Positions 26,987 through 38,435 are shown, counted from the first letter of the stretch. The stretch is DNA of 64,000 nucleotides from Octopus sinensis (GCF_006345805.1 NW_021833080.1:25691-89690); one strand, 5' to 3'. Notes: generated by a model from the letters alone, not told the origin. Translations and numbers: made by a program.

Positions 26987-28006
26987 ATACTATAATCATA
27001 AATGATTATATATTGAATTTTGAGATACCAGAAGGCACCAACTCAACTCAGTATCAGAGCGAGCTAGAATCCGCAACTGGTTCACCGAATTCAATTTGTG
27101 AATGAAACGATTGCGTCAACATCCCCTTCCCACCCGCGTGTAGCCAAAACAGATACTGTGGTCATCTACTGAGATAAAATATGGTTATCCGTAATAATGA
27201 AGGGTGAAATTAATTATTTGGAAAAATTATCAATTACACCAAGTAGTCTTCGGCATGTAAAAGCCTCATTCGAGGAAAATTTAAGTAATACTAAGCAATA
27301 AGGGTTTAGCAACGAATTGCCTTACCACATACCGAATTTAGAAATAGCAGTCAAAGGGTTATAGCTATTTCTTCTACTAAAAAGGGAGATCTCAGTAAAA
27401 ACAGCATTTGGAAGGCAGACACAAACAGGTAAGAGAGAATGAATTGACTGCAATCTATCATACATTTTTTTAGTTATCTACGGACGTACGTTTCGAGATT
27501 TCGAAACGTACGTCCGTAGATAACTAAAAAAATGTATGATAGATTGCAGTCAATTCATTCTCTCTTACCTGTTTGTGTCTGCCTTCCAAATGCTGTTTTT
27601 ACTGAGATCTCCCTTTTTAGTAGAAGAAATAGCTATAACCCTTTGACTGCTATTTCTAAATTCGGTATGTGGTAAGGCAATTCGTTGCTAAACCCTTATT
27701 GCTTAGTATTACTTAAATTTTCCTCGAATGAGGCTTTTACATGCCGAAGATACTTGGTGTAATTGATAATTTTTCCAAATTAATTAATTTCACCCTTCAT
27801 TATTACGGATAACCATATTTTATCTCAGTAGATGACCACAGTATTGTTGGCTACACGCGGGTGGGAAGGGGATGTTGACGCAATCGTTTCATTCACAAAT
27901 TGAATTCGGTGTACCAGTTGCGGATTCTAGCTCGCCTGATACTGAGTTGAGTTGGTGCCTTCTGGTATCTCAAAATTCAATATATAATCATTTATGATTA
28001 TAGTAT

Positions 28007-28113
28007 TCTACGCTGAAGAGAAAAGAAGTTTCGGTAAGATAGAATTATTTAATATTTAATATTTAATTCTTATGCTTTCCTAAAAACTTGATTTCGAAAC
28101 GTACGTCCGTAGA
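28007..28113 (+). ncRNA. Type I hammerhead ribozyme, array copy 7
   Basis: Stem I tctacg 28007-12 / cgtaga 28108-13; CTGAAGA 28013-19; stem II gaaa 28020-23 / tttc 28092-95; GAAAC 28096-100; GTAC loop; GTC cleavage triplet ending at 28107. Confidence 0.85.
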
Positions 28114-28598
28114 TAACTAAAAAAATGTATGATAGATTGCAGTCAATTCATCTCTCTTACCTGTTTGTGTCTGCCTTCCAAATGCTGTTTTTACTGAGAT
28201 CTCCCTTTTTAGTAGAAGAAATAGCTATAACCCTTTGACTGCTATTTCTAAATTCGGTATGTGGTAAGGCAATTCGTTGCTAAACCCTTATGCTAGTATT
28301 ACTTAAATTTTCCTCGAATGAGGCTTTTACATGCCGAAGACTACTTGGTGTAATTGATAATTTTTCAAATTAATTAATTTCACCCTTCATTATACGGATA
28401 ACCATATTTTATCTCAGTAGATGACCACAGTATCTTGTTTTGGCTACACGCGGTGGGAAGGGGATGTTGACGCAATCGTTTCATTCACAAATTGAATTCG
28501 GTGATACCAGTTGCGGATTCTAGCTCGCTCTGATACTGAGTGAGTTGGTGCCTCTGGTATCTCAAAATTCAATATATAATCATTTATGATTATAGTAT

Positions 28599-28705
28599 TC
28601 TACGCTGAAGAGAAAAGAAGTTTCGGTAAGATAGAATTATTTAATATTTAATATTTAATTCTTATGCTTTCCTAAAAACTTGATTTCGAAACGTACGTCC
28701 GTAGA
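28599..28705 (+). ncRNA. Type I hammerhead ribozyme, array copy 8
   Basis: Same motif; predicted cleavage after 28699. Confidence 0.85.
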
Positions 28706-29201
28706 TAACTAAAAAAATGTATGATAGATTGCAGTCAATTCATTCTCTCTTACCTGTTTGTGTCTGCCTTCCAAATGCTGTGTTTTTACTGAGATCCTCT
28801 TTTAGTAGAAGAAATAGCTATAACCCTTTGACTGCTATTTCTAAATTCGGTATGTGGTAAGGCAATTCGTTGCTAAACCCTTATTGCTTAGTATTACTTA
28901 AATTTTCCTCGAATGAGGCTTTTACATGCCGAAGAAGACTACTTGGTGTAATTGATAATTTTTCCAAATTAATTAATTTCACCTTCATTATTACGGATAA
29001 CCATATTTTATCTCAGTAGATGACCACAGTATCTTGTTTTGGCTACACGCGGGGTGGGGAAGGGGATGTTGACGCAATCGTTTCATTCACAATTGAATTC
29101 GGTGATACCAGTTGCGGATTCTAGCTCGCTCTGATACTGAGTTGAGTTGGTGCCTTCTGGTATCTCAAAATTCAATATATAATCATTTATGATTATAGTA
29201 T

Positions 29202-29308
29202 TCTACGCTGAAGAGAAAAGAAGTTTCGGTAAGATAGAATTATTTAATATTTAATATTTAATTCTTATGCTTTCCTAAAAACTTGATTTCGAAACGTACG
29301 TCCGTAGA
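29202..29308 (+). ncRNA. Type I hammerhead ribozyme, array copy 9
   Basis: Same motif; predicted cleavage after 29302. Confidence 0.85.
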
Positions 29309-29510
29309 TAACTAAAAAAATGTATGATAGATTGCAGTCAATTCATTCTCTCTTACCTGTTTGTGTCTGCCTTCCAAATGCTGTTTTTACTGAGATCTCC
29401 CTTTTTAGTAGAAGAAATAGCTATAACCCTTTGACTGCTATTTCTAAATTCGGTATGTGGAAGGCAATTCGTTGCTAAACCCTTATTGCTTAGTATATAT
29501 ATATATATAT

Positions 29511-29621
29511 GGACTGAACCCCGAACCATGGGCACGTGCCTTCTACTATAACTTCCGGCAGACCAAAGCCTTGTGAGTGGATTGGTAGACGAAAACTGAA
29601 AGAAGCCCGTCGTATATGTGT

Positions 29622-29665
<44 letters not shown>
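29511..29665. mobile_element. Rearranged SINE family A 5' pieces, right flank of the array
   Basis: ggactgaaccccgaaccatg (minus-strand head piece) followed by a plus-strand ggcac...aagcccgtcgtata segment. Confidence 0.7.
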
Positions 29666-29892
29666 TTGTGTGTCTGTATGTGAATGCGTTTGTTTTTGCT
29701 TGCAATAACCGTTTCTTTTTGGTCAAACTATTGTATATCCAGCTGCTCCATATGCAAAGATACCAAGAATTGTTAAAGTTTAGTAAAACTGTTTTGTATA
29801 GTATGTTGAATCTAATATTTCGTTTTCTGAAAAAGTTACATTTTGGACTTAGAACAATTTTGCATAACAGTAACGATATAACGATAAACGTC

Positions 29893-30190
29893 GCCCTTTT
29901 CAAGATTAGCCAGCCTCATGGGCCCGGTTTCCCGGTTTCTGTGGCGTATGTGTTCCCCCCAGCCTGACGAGACGCCAGTCCATCGCAGCGTTACTCAAGA
30001 AACAGGAAGAGAAAGTGTGAGAAAGATGTGGCGAAATAGTACAACAGGGGTCGCAACCACCCCCTGCCGGAGCCTCGTGGAACTTTTAGGTGTTTTCGCT
30101 AAATACACACACACAATGCCCGGTCTGGGAATCGAAACCCCGATCCTCCGTCGCGAGTCCGTGTCCTAGCCACTGGGCCATTGCGCCTCG
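29893..30190 (-). mobile_element. SINE family B variant with a third type of 3' tail
   Basis: Family B head (ccactgggccattgcgcctc on plus strand) and body, then a divergent tail. Confidence 0.75.
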
Positions 30191-30197
30191 ACGGCAA

Positions 30198-30298
<101 letters not shown>

Positions 30299-30763
30299 AT
30301 GTGTGTGTGTGTCTGTGCTTGTGAAAGTTTTGTATCTCTACCGTAAGGCTTCATTTCCACACACGCCAGCTGAATTCAATTCGTCCCCAGTCGAAAGACA
30401 CCTGTTGTTATGTCGTCTTATTATTAAATTATTTTTATTGTATTTTGTATTTATATTTGTGTAACATCTGTTTTTCCGTCCTTGTTTTCGTATACATTCG
30501 ATGCTGTTTTCGAGAGAGTCTAATGATCGTAGCTTAGTTTTTCCCTGGAGCTGGCCAGATTGGAGCAATCTCAAGATTAATCAGCCGAAACTGCAAGGAT
30601 GATCCGGGTCTTGACTGAGGATAAAAAGCTTCGTATGACCCGTCCTTGTTTTTTATATCGTCTATCTGGATGCTTTGTTGTCCCTTTTCCCTTTTGTATC
30701 GTCTAGTTGTCTGGAGGTTTAGCGTTCTTGTCCCATTTTGTAGGTATATATATATATAATATA

Positions 30764-30852
<89 letters not shown>

Positions 30853-30916
30853 GCACGCATATATATCTATATTTGTATGTTGGTATATATATAATGTATG
30901 CATGTGAGTTTGCACG

Positions 30917-30949
<33 letters not shown>

Positions 30950-31134
30950 GATACTATACATATACACACATACAAATGTATGTATGTGCACGCGTGTGTG
31001 TGTGTTCTTGTGTGGGTATATATACATATATATAATTACATATAATATATGCATATTCATGTATGTGCACACTTGTATACTACCTACCTACCTACCTACG
31101 TACCTACCTATATACATATATATGTATGTGTATG

Positions 31135-31190
<56 letters not shown>

Positions 31191-31424
31191 ATATATATAT
31201 CGACCTAGTAACACAAAAAAATGTTTAAGGGCCTGTAGGATATAAGCAGATTACTGCAGACAAACAACATTGTTGTGTATGTCTATGCGTGTGTCTGCGT
31301 ATACGTATGTGTGCGTGTGTGTTTGCGCGTGCGTGGGTCTGTCTTTGTCTGTCCCTCTGTTTGTGTGTCTATCCGTCTGTCTTTGTGTCTTATTATCTCC
31401 CTCAGACAGTGTTAAATCTAGCAA

Positions 31425-31815
31425 ATGATGATGTCGATGATGATGATGATAATAATGATGATGACGATGATAATGATAATAATGATGATGTTGATGATGA
31501 TAATAATGATGATGACGATGATGATGATAATAATGATGATGACGATGATAATGATAATAATGATGATGACGATGATGATAATGATGATGATAATGATGAT
31601 GATGATAATAATGATAATGATGATGATGACGATGATAATGATAATAATGATGATGATGATAATGATAATAATAATGATGATGACGATGATAATGATAATA
31701 ATGATGATAACGATGATAATGATAATAATGATGATGATGACGATGATGATGATAATAATGATGATGCCGATGATGATGATGATGATGATGATGAAGATAA
31801 CAATTATAATGATGA
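31425..31815. repeat. (GAT/AAT)n trinucleotide array
   Basis: Direct reading; source of the poly-D, poly-H, poly-S and poly-M ORFs. Confidence 0.95.
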
Positions 31816-31986
31816 TGGCGATGAAGATACATACGCATTCTCTCAGTCTCTGTTATACATATATATACACACATTCTCTCTCACACACACATGTATAGAT
31901 CTGTATACACACACACACACAGACGCACACTAATACACCAGTACACACATACGTATACATTTATACACACACACACACACACCTAT

Positions 31987-32380
31987 ACTCTTTACTCTTT
32001 TCTCTTTTACTTGTTTCAGTCATTTGACTGCGGCCATGCTGGAGCACCGCCTTTAGTCGAGCAAATCGACCCCGGGACTTATTCTTTGTAAGCCCAGTAC
32101 TTATTCTATCGGTCTTTTTTGCCGAACCGCTAAGTGACGGGGACGTAAACACTCCAGCATCGGTTGTCAAGCAATGCTAGGGGGACAAACACAGACACAC
32201 AAACACACACACATATATATATATACATATATACGACAGGCTTCTTTCAGTTTCCGTCTACCAAATCCACTCACAAGGCATTGGTCGGCCCGGGGCTATA
32301 GCAGAAGACACTTGCCCAAGATGCCACGCAGTGGGACTGAACCCGGAACCATGTGGTTGTTTAGCAAGCTACTTACCACA
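31987..32380 (-). mobile_element. SINE family A
   Basis: Match to family A, 5' end clipped. Confidence 0.9.
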
Positions 32381-32684
32381 CACAAACAAACACAAGTATA
32401 CATCTATACACACACGTTTATAAGGGTAATGTTTATGCTGATGTTGTTGGTGATGATGTTGGTATCAATAACAATTATGTGCAGAACAATATCGATTGGT
32501 TCGATATGTACCTGATCACAACAGAAGAAATCTTCAACAAGAAAAAAAATTCGCATCAATGGAGCGACATTTTCACAGACAGTTCCGAAGGATGAAATAA
32601 ATTTCATTACTTTCTCGAAGTATTTTGCGCTATATTTAAGAATTGCGTTGCTCCTTTTTTGGAATATATCTAGCATTTTCATCT

Positions 32685-33073
32685 GGGATGGAAGCACTCC
32701 GTCGGTTACGTCGACAATGGTTCCGGTTGATCCGAATCAACGGAACAGCCTGCTCCTGAAATTAACGTGTATGTGGCTGAGCACTCCACAGACACGTGTA
32801 CCCTCAACGTAGTTCTCGGGGATATTCAGCGTGACACAGAGAGTGACAAGGCCGGCCCTTTGAAATACAGGTACAACAGAAACAGGAAGTAAGAGTGAGA
32901 GAAAGTTGTGGTGAAAGAGTACAGCAGGGATCACCACCATCCCCTGCCGGAGCCTCGTGGAGCGTTAGGTGTTTTCGCTCAATAAACACTCACAACGCCC
33001 GGTCTGGGAATCGAAACCGCGATCTTATGACCACGAGTCCGCTGCCCTAACCACTGGGCCATTGCGCTTCCAC
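32685..33073 (-). mobile_element. SINE family B, full length
   Basis: 13-bp TSD agcattttcatct at 32672-32684 and 33074-33086. Confidence 0.9.
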
Positions 33074-33149
33074 AGCATTTTCATCTATGTTGATAACAAC
33101 AACAATAACTCCAGTTCTACATTTAAGAGATGGCGAATTATGTACATTA

Positions 33150-33314
33150 TTTACATTATTTACATTTGACGGATATTTGTCCTCATCTTGTTTGTTGTTA
33201 ATATAGCGTTTCGGCTGATACACCCTCCAGCCTTCATCAGGTATCTTGGGGAAATTTCGAACCTGGGTTCTTATTCCTAAGGTATTTTTCGATGTTATCA
33301 TTATTATTATTATT

Positions 33315-33345
<31 letters not shown>

Positions 33346-33540
33346 TATTATTATTATTATTATTATTAATATTATTATTATTCATGTCACTGTTTGGAAT
33401 CGAACACGGAATCTTGGGAATGAGAAGCCAGGTTCGAAATTTCCCAAAGACACCTGATGAAGGCTGGATGGTACATTAGCCGAAACATTGTGTTAACAAC
33501 AAAAAAGATGAGGACAAATACCCGTCAAATGTATATAATA
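33150..33540. mobile_element. Palindromic mini-element: two inverted hammerhead-like arms around (ATT)n
   Basis: 33162-33280 is the reverse complement of 33412-33533; each arm has CTGATGA-A-GGCT..AGCC-GAAAC. Confidence 0.75.
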
Positions 33541-33757
33541 TAAGCAATAACTCCAGTTACAACGGCTAAATGTCCTATTTACTCTAAAATTAAAGTTATC
33601 TTGTGTTGGTCAAGGTCAGAACGCTTTTCCTCGTAAGTCCACTTAATCAGGGTCTACATGAGTCTAAGAAAAAGAGAAAACAGTCACGATTTTAAAATAA
33701 GTTTTAAAAAGAAAAGACACTTTGAATGTATAGAAAGGGTGTCTAACATCGAAACGA

Positions 33758-34478
33758 GGAAAGGCAAAGTCGATCTCGGCGCAATTTGAACTCAGAACGT
33801 AACGGCAGATGAAATACGGCTACGCATTTCGTCCGACGCGCTAACGTTTCTGCCAGCTCGCCACCTTAGTAGAAAAGAATATTGACAAAGTTAAGGTGGC
33901 GATCTGGCAGAAACGTTCGCACGCCGGGCGAAATGCTTAGCAGTATTTCGTCTGCCGCTACGTTCTGAGTTCAAATTCCGCCGAAGTAGACTTTGCCTTT
34001 CTTCCTTTCGGGGTGAATAAATTAAGTACCAGGTACGCACTGGAGTCGATGTAATCAACTTAATCCGTTTGTCTGTCCTTGTTTGTCCTCTGTGTTTTTA
34101 GCCCCTTGTGGGTAGTAAAGAAATAGGTATCTCGTCTGCCCTTACGTTGTGAGTTCAAATTCGGCCGAGGTTGACTTTGCCTTTCATCCTTTCGGGGTCG
34201 ATAAAATAAGTACCAATTACGCACTGGGTCGATATAATTGACTTAATCCGTTTGTCTGTCCTTGTTCGTCCTCTCTGTGTTTAGCTCCTTGTGGGTAGTA
34301 AAGAAATAGGTATTTCGTCTGTCTTTACCTTCTTAGTTCAAATTCCGCCGAGGTCGACCGTGCCTTTTATCATTTTGGGGTCGGTAAATTAAGTACCAGC
34401 TGCATCCTGGGGTCGATCTAATGAACTGGACCCCTCCCCAAAAATTTCGGGCTTTGTGCCTAGAGTAGAAAAAATATT
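33758..34478. mobile_element. SINE family C cluster (minus fragment 33758-33867, multi-module plus copy 33893-34478)
   Basis: Repeated family C modules. Confidence 0.8.
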
Positions 34479-35290
34479 CTATTCTACTCAGGCGGCGAGC
34501 TGGCAAAAACTTGTGGGTAGTAAAGAAATAGATAATTTAATGACATAAATTTATCATTATTAAACTGGTGCTAAGCACATAAATGAACGTGACATTTTGG
34601 TGAAAGTTTCTAATTCAGATAATTTTGAAACGATATTCTATGGAACTGAGATTTTTTCTTGTTGAAGTTTTCTTCTGTTGTGATCAGGTACATATCGAAC
34701 CAATCGATATTGTTCTGCACATAATTATTATTGATACCAACATCATCACCAACAACATCAGCATAAACATTACCCTAATAAACGTGTGTGTATAGATGTA
34801 TACTTATTTTATCGACCCCGAAAGGATGAAAGGCAAAGTGGACCTAGGCCGAATTTGAATTCACAACGTAACGGCAGACGAAATACCTATTTCTTTACTA
34901 CCCACAAGGGGCTAAACACAGAGAGGACAAACAAGGACAGCAAAAAAGTTGTAGGCATTTCCCTTAAAGTTATGAAGGCAGGGTTAAAATAATAAAAAAT
35001 AGGGTTGCAAGACAAAGTGCTTCAATTTGATCATTTTCTGCAAGGAATTGGTTCAAATAATTAAACTTATCTTCATTTGTTCTCGAAACGTAGTGAAAAT
35101 GTTGGGCTTATGAATATACGTTTAGTGTTTCGTTTCCTAGAGTGGATGGCGCGTTTAGTCGTAGAGTAAAGTTTCCTTTAACGTTGGTTGTTGAAGTTTA
35201 TATCAGCCGAAAAGGTGTACCAGATTGCTGCCGGTGTATCTCATATTCTCCCTCACTCTTTGTCTCTAGCTATTATACCTTCGATATTCA

Positions 35291-35667
35291 AAGGCGCAAT
35301 GGCCCAGTGTTTAGGGCAGCGGACTCGCGGTCGTAGGATCGCGGTTTCGATTCCCAGATCGGGCGTTGTGAGTGTTTATTGAGCGAAAACATCTAAAGCT
35401 CCACGAGGCTCCGGCAGGGATGGTGGTGATCCCTGCTGTACTCTTTCACCACAACTTTCTCTCACTCTTACTTCCTGTTTCTGTTGTACCTGTATTTCAA
35501 AGGGCCGGCCTTGTCACTCTCTGTGTCACGCTGAATATCCCCGAGAACTACGTTAAGAGTACACGTGTCTGTGGAGTGCTCAGCCACTTACACGTTAATT
35601 CCACGAGCAAGCTGTTCCGTTGATCGTATCAGCTGGGACCCTCATCGTCGTAACCGACGGAGTGCTC
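35291..35667 (+). mobile_element. SINE family B
   Basis: High identity to 978-1359. Confidence 0.9.
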
Positions 35668-36282
35668 ATAAGTATGTACCTAGAAAAAAAAACCAAACGA
35701 ACAACAGAAGTACCAGGAACATTAATAAAGAATGGTAGATGTTACCTAGTGATATTCATCTGCGAGTGACGGTGACACATTTTTAAAATTATTTTTCCTT
35801 TCCTTGCACCAAATTCCTTACATGTTCAACTGGTACTTTATCGAACCTAAAATTATAAAAGACAAAGTGAAACTCGATGGAATTTGAACTCAGAACATAA
35901 ATATGGACGAAATGCCGCTCAGCAGTTTTCCCGGTGGACTAAACATTCTGCCAGTTCGCCGCTTTGGTTGAATATAGTAATACTAACTTAACTATTATGT
36001 ATTTGTCTGTCTGTCTGGCCTTCCCATCACTTAATTATTTGCAATTACTTTTCCTGTGGCCCAAACGTTAAACATATTAATACTAACTTTAACTATTAAT
36101 ATTTGTCTGTCTGTCTGTCACATTACATGATTAATTCTAGTTAATTTCCATTGCTCCATGTAGTATATTATTTCAAACTACGTCATTAGTCATTTGGTGG
36201 TCCCATTGTTTTCCCCAATTATTTGTAATTAACTTCTCAATACTCCAATCATTAAATATATTAATACTAACTTAACTATTAC

Positions 36283-36321
<39 letters not shown>

Positions 36322-36847
36322 CTATCTATCTATCTATCTATCTTCTATCTATCTATCTATCTGTCTGTCTGTCTGTCTGTCTGTCTGCTTGTCTGTCTAT
36401 TTATCTATCTGTTTGTCTCTCTGTCTGTCAGTTCCTTTGCTCCATGCAATACATATATTAACGACAACTTACCTAGGGATATATAGAAATAGTTCATCCT
36501 TCTGAGTTTTTAAAGAACATTTATAAATTCGTCCATTTTGTTTTGTCTGTGAGACTAAACGAGAATCGATAAATGAGTCAATGAATACCAAATCAAACAA
36601 TTTGAAGATAATGATTTGAACATTTATCCCATTTAATACTATATAAAGGAATAGAGGAGGATCAACAGATTTAGTAAAACCCACGAACAAAATGCTTTGT
36701 AGTATATTATTTGTTGTTTAAAAATTTATCCCGAACAATTGTAAATGTTCTTCAAAATATAACTGAAGAAAATAATTTTCATTTTAGATAGTTCTTGAAA
36801 CAGCGATAGTTATTGAACATTTTTGGAAATGGTTAAGTGATTTATAT

Positions 36848-36893
36848 ACTTCTGATGAGAACCCAATAACGTTCGAAATAAATCGAATAAGGT
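36848..36893 (+). ncRNA. Compact type I hammerhead-like motif
   Basis: actt-CTGATGA-GAAC ccaataac GTTC-GAAA-T aaatcga A-TA-aggt; stems I and III are weak. Confidence 0.4.
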
Positions 36894-37850
36894 TAATTTT
36901 TATGCTACCGAGATCGATTTTGCCTTTTTTCCGTTCGGTGTCGATGAAATAAGTACTAGTTGAGCACTCGGTCGATAATGTCGCCTCCCACCAAAATTTC
37001 GGTCGTTTTGTTTTTTGCCTATTCGTTGTTTCTGCCTATTTTTGCCTAAGGATAATTATTCAACATTTGGAACAGGTATGGGCAACCATTTTCGAGGAGC
37101 GGGCTGTATGGAAAATGGCTCATCTCTGTGTTTAGCCCCTTGTGGGCAGTAGAGAAAAAGGTATTTCCTTTGCCGCTACATTCTGAGTTCAAATATCACC
37201 GAGATTGACGTTGTCTTTCATCCTGTCGGAGTCGATAAAATAAGTACCATTTGAACACTGGGGTCGATGTAATCGACTTATCCGCTCCCCCAAAATCGTA
37301 GCAAAATTTGTAACGATTATTATAACTACTAATTTTTTAAGATGATCTTGCAAAATTGGTTAAGTGCTGGTCAAAATACTTTGTACTGTTATGTTAAATT
37401 GCCTTTTAAAATTTAACCGTCTTTCCTCCTTGGAGACGATAAAACCGAGCGAAATTCGGTATATGATCGACTGCATCCATTCTCTCTAAAATTTTGAAGT
37501 TTTGTTTCTATGTTAAACGCGATTATTATTATTTGGCATAATATTCCAAAAATTCCAGAATCTTTGGTTTGGAACCGCACCCTCAGAAATTGTGACTTCT
37601 GCTAAATCAATCATCAATTAAGATTCAGGAAGTTGACAAGAATTTCGTCTTGGGACGCTACTTAATTGCATTAAAATAAATTTCGATAGAAATGACTGTT
37701 TCTCAGTGGGAAACCGTCTCCTTATATATTAGGAATAAATGAGAAATTCTAAAGATCTCCTGCATACATACATACATGCATGCATAGATTTGTTTGTATG
37801 TGTGCGTGTGTGTGTATATATATATAGGCATACAAAATACATACACACAT

Positions 37851-37906
<56 letters not shown>

Positions 37907-37992
37907 ACATATATATATATATGTATACATATATATATATATATATGTGTGTATGCGTATACATACATACTTATATATATATATAATGTGTG

Positions 37993-38033
<41 letters not shown>

Positions 38034-38435
38034 GGTCATATATTTATATACATTTACATATGTGTATATGAGCTTACATGTCTGTGGGTAGGTGTGTGTA
38101 TGTGCGTATGTGTGTATGTACAAATATCTCAGAGGCAAAAACCATTAGAATCCAACTTGAATTAGCCATTCCGTCCTTAACATACATCACATTTCTGTGT
38201 GAGGTTTTGCAAATGATAAACGTATATACATCTTGTTACTAGCACTTTTACTTCTAGGCTCTCTCAGCCGGGTCACACAGAGCAACAGAATCACACATAC
38301 ACTTGCACATATACACACACTCACAAAAACGCGTACCCAAACACACGCACTCAGGAATATATAATGCGTGTGAGCGAGCTTGTGTACAATGTGCTTGTGT
38401 GATATGACACAATGTAAAAATATGCGTGTCTATAT

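Larger units (their letters stand above)
23623..27496 (-). repeat. Left arm of ~596-bp hammerhead-bearing tandem array, 6.5 units (ribozyme sense on minus strand)
   Basis: aatgaaggg unit starts at 23623, 24216, 24813, 25411, 26008, 26602, 27196 (periods 593-598 bp). Confidence 0.95.
27497..29496 (+). repeat. Right arm of the same array, inverted, ~3.35 units (ribozyme sense on plus strand)
   Basis: Reverse complement of the left-arm unit; GAAACGTACGTC at 27503, 28096, 28688, 29291. Confidence 0.95.

Noticed and set aside
23623-29496. CRISPR-like or ordinary satellite reading of the array
   Set aside because: No variable spacers and the context is eukaryotic; a plain satellite label does not explain the ribozyme fold or the inversion
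30543-30598. CTGGAGC-tggc...gcc-GAAACTGCA motif in an (AT)n-adjacent element
   Set aside because: Core too degenerate to call; possibly a decayed pLTR
31251-31933. Poly-Asp/Asn, poly-His, poly-Ser and poly-Met ORFs
   Set aside because: All arise from one (GAT/AAT)n array; no splice or domain evidence
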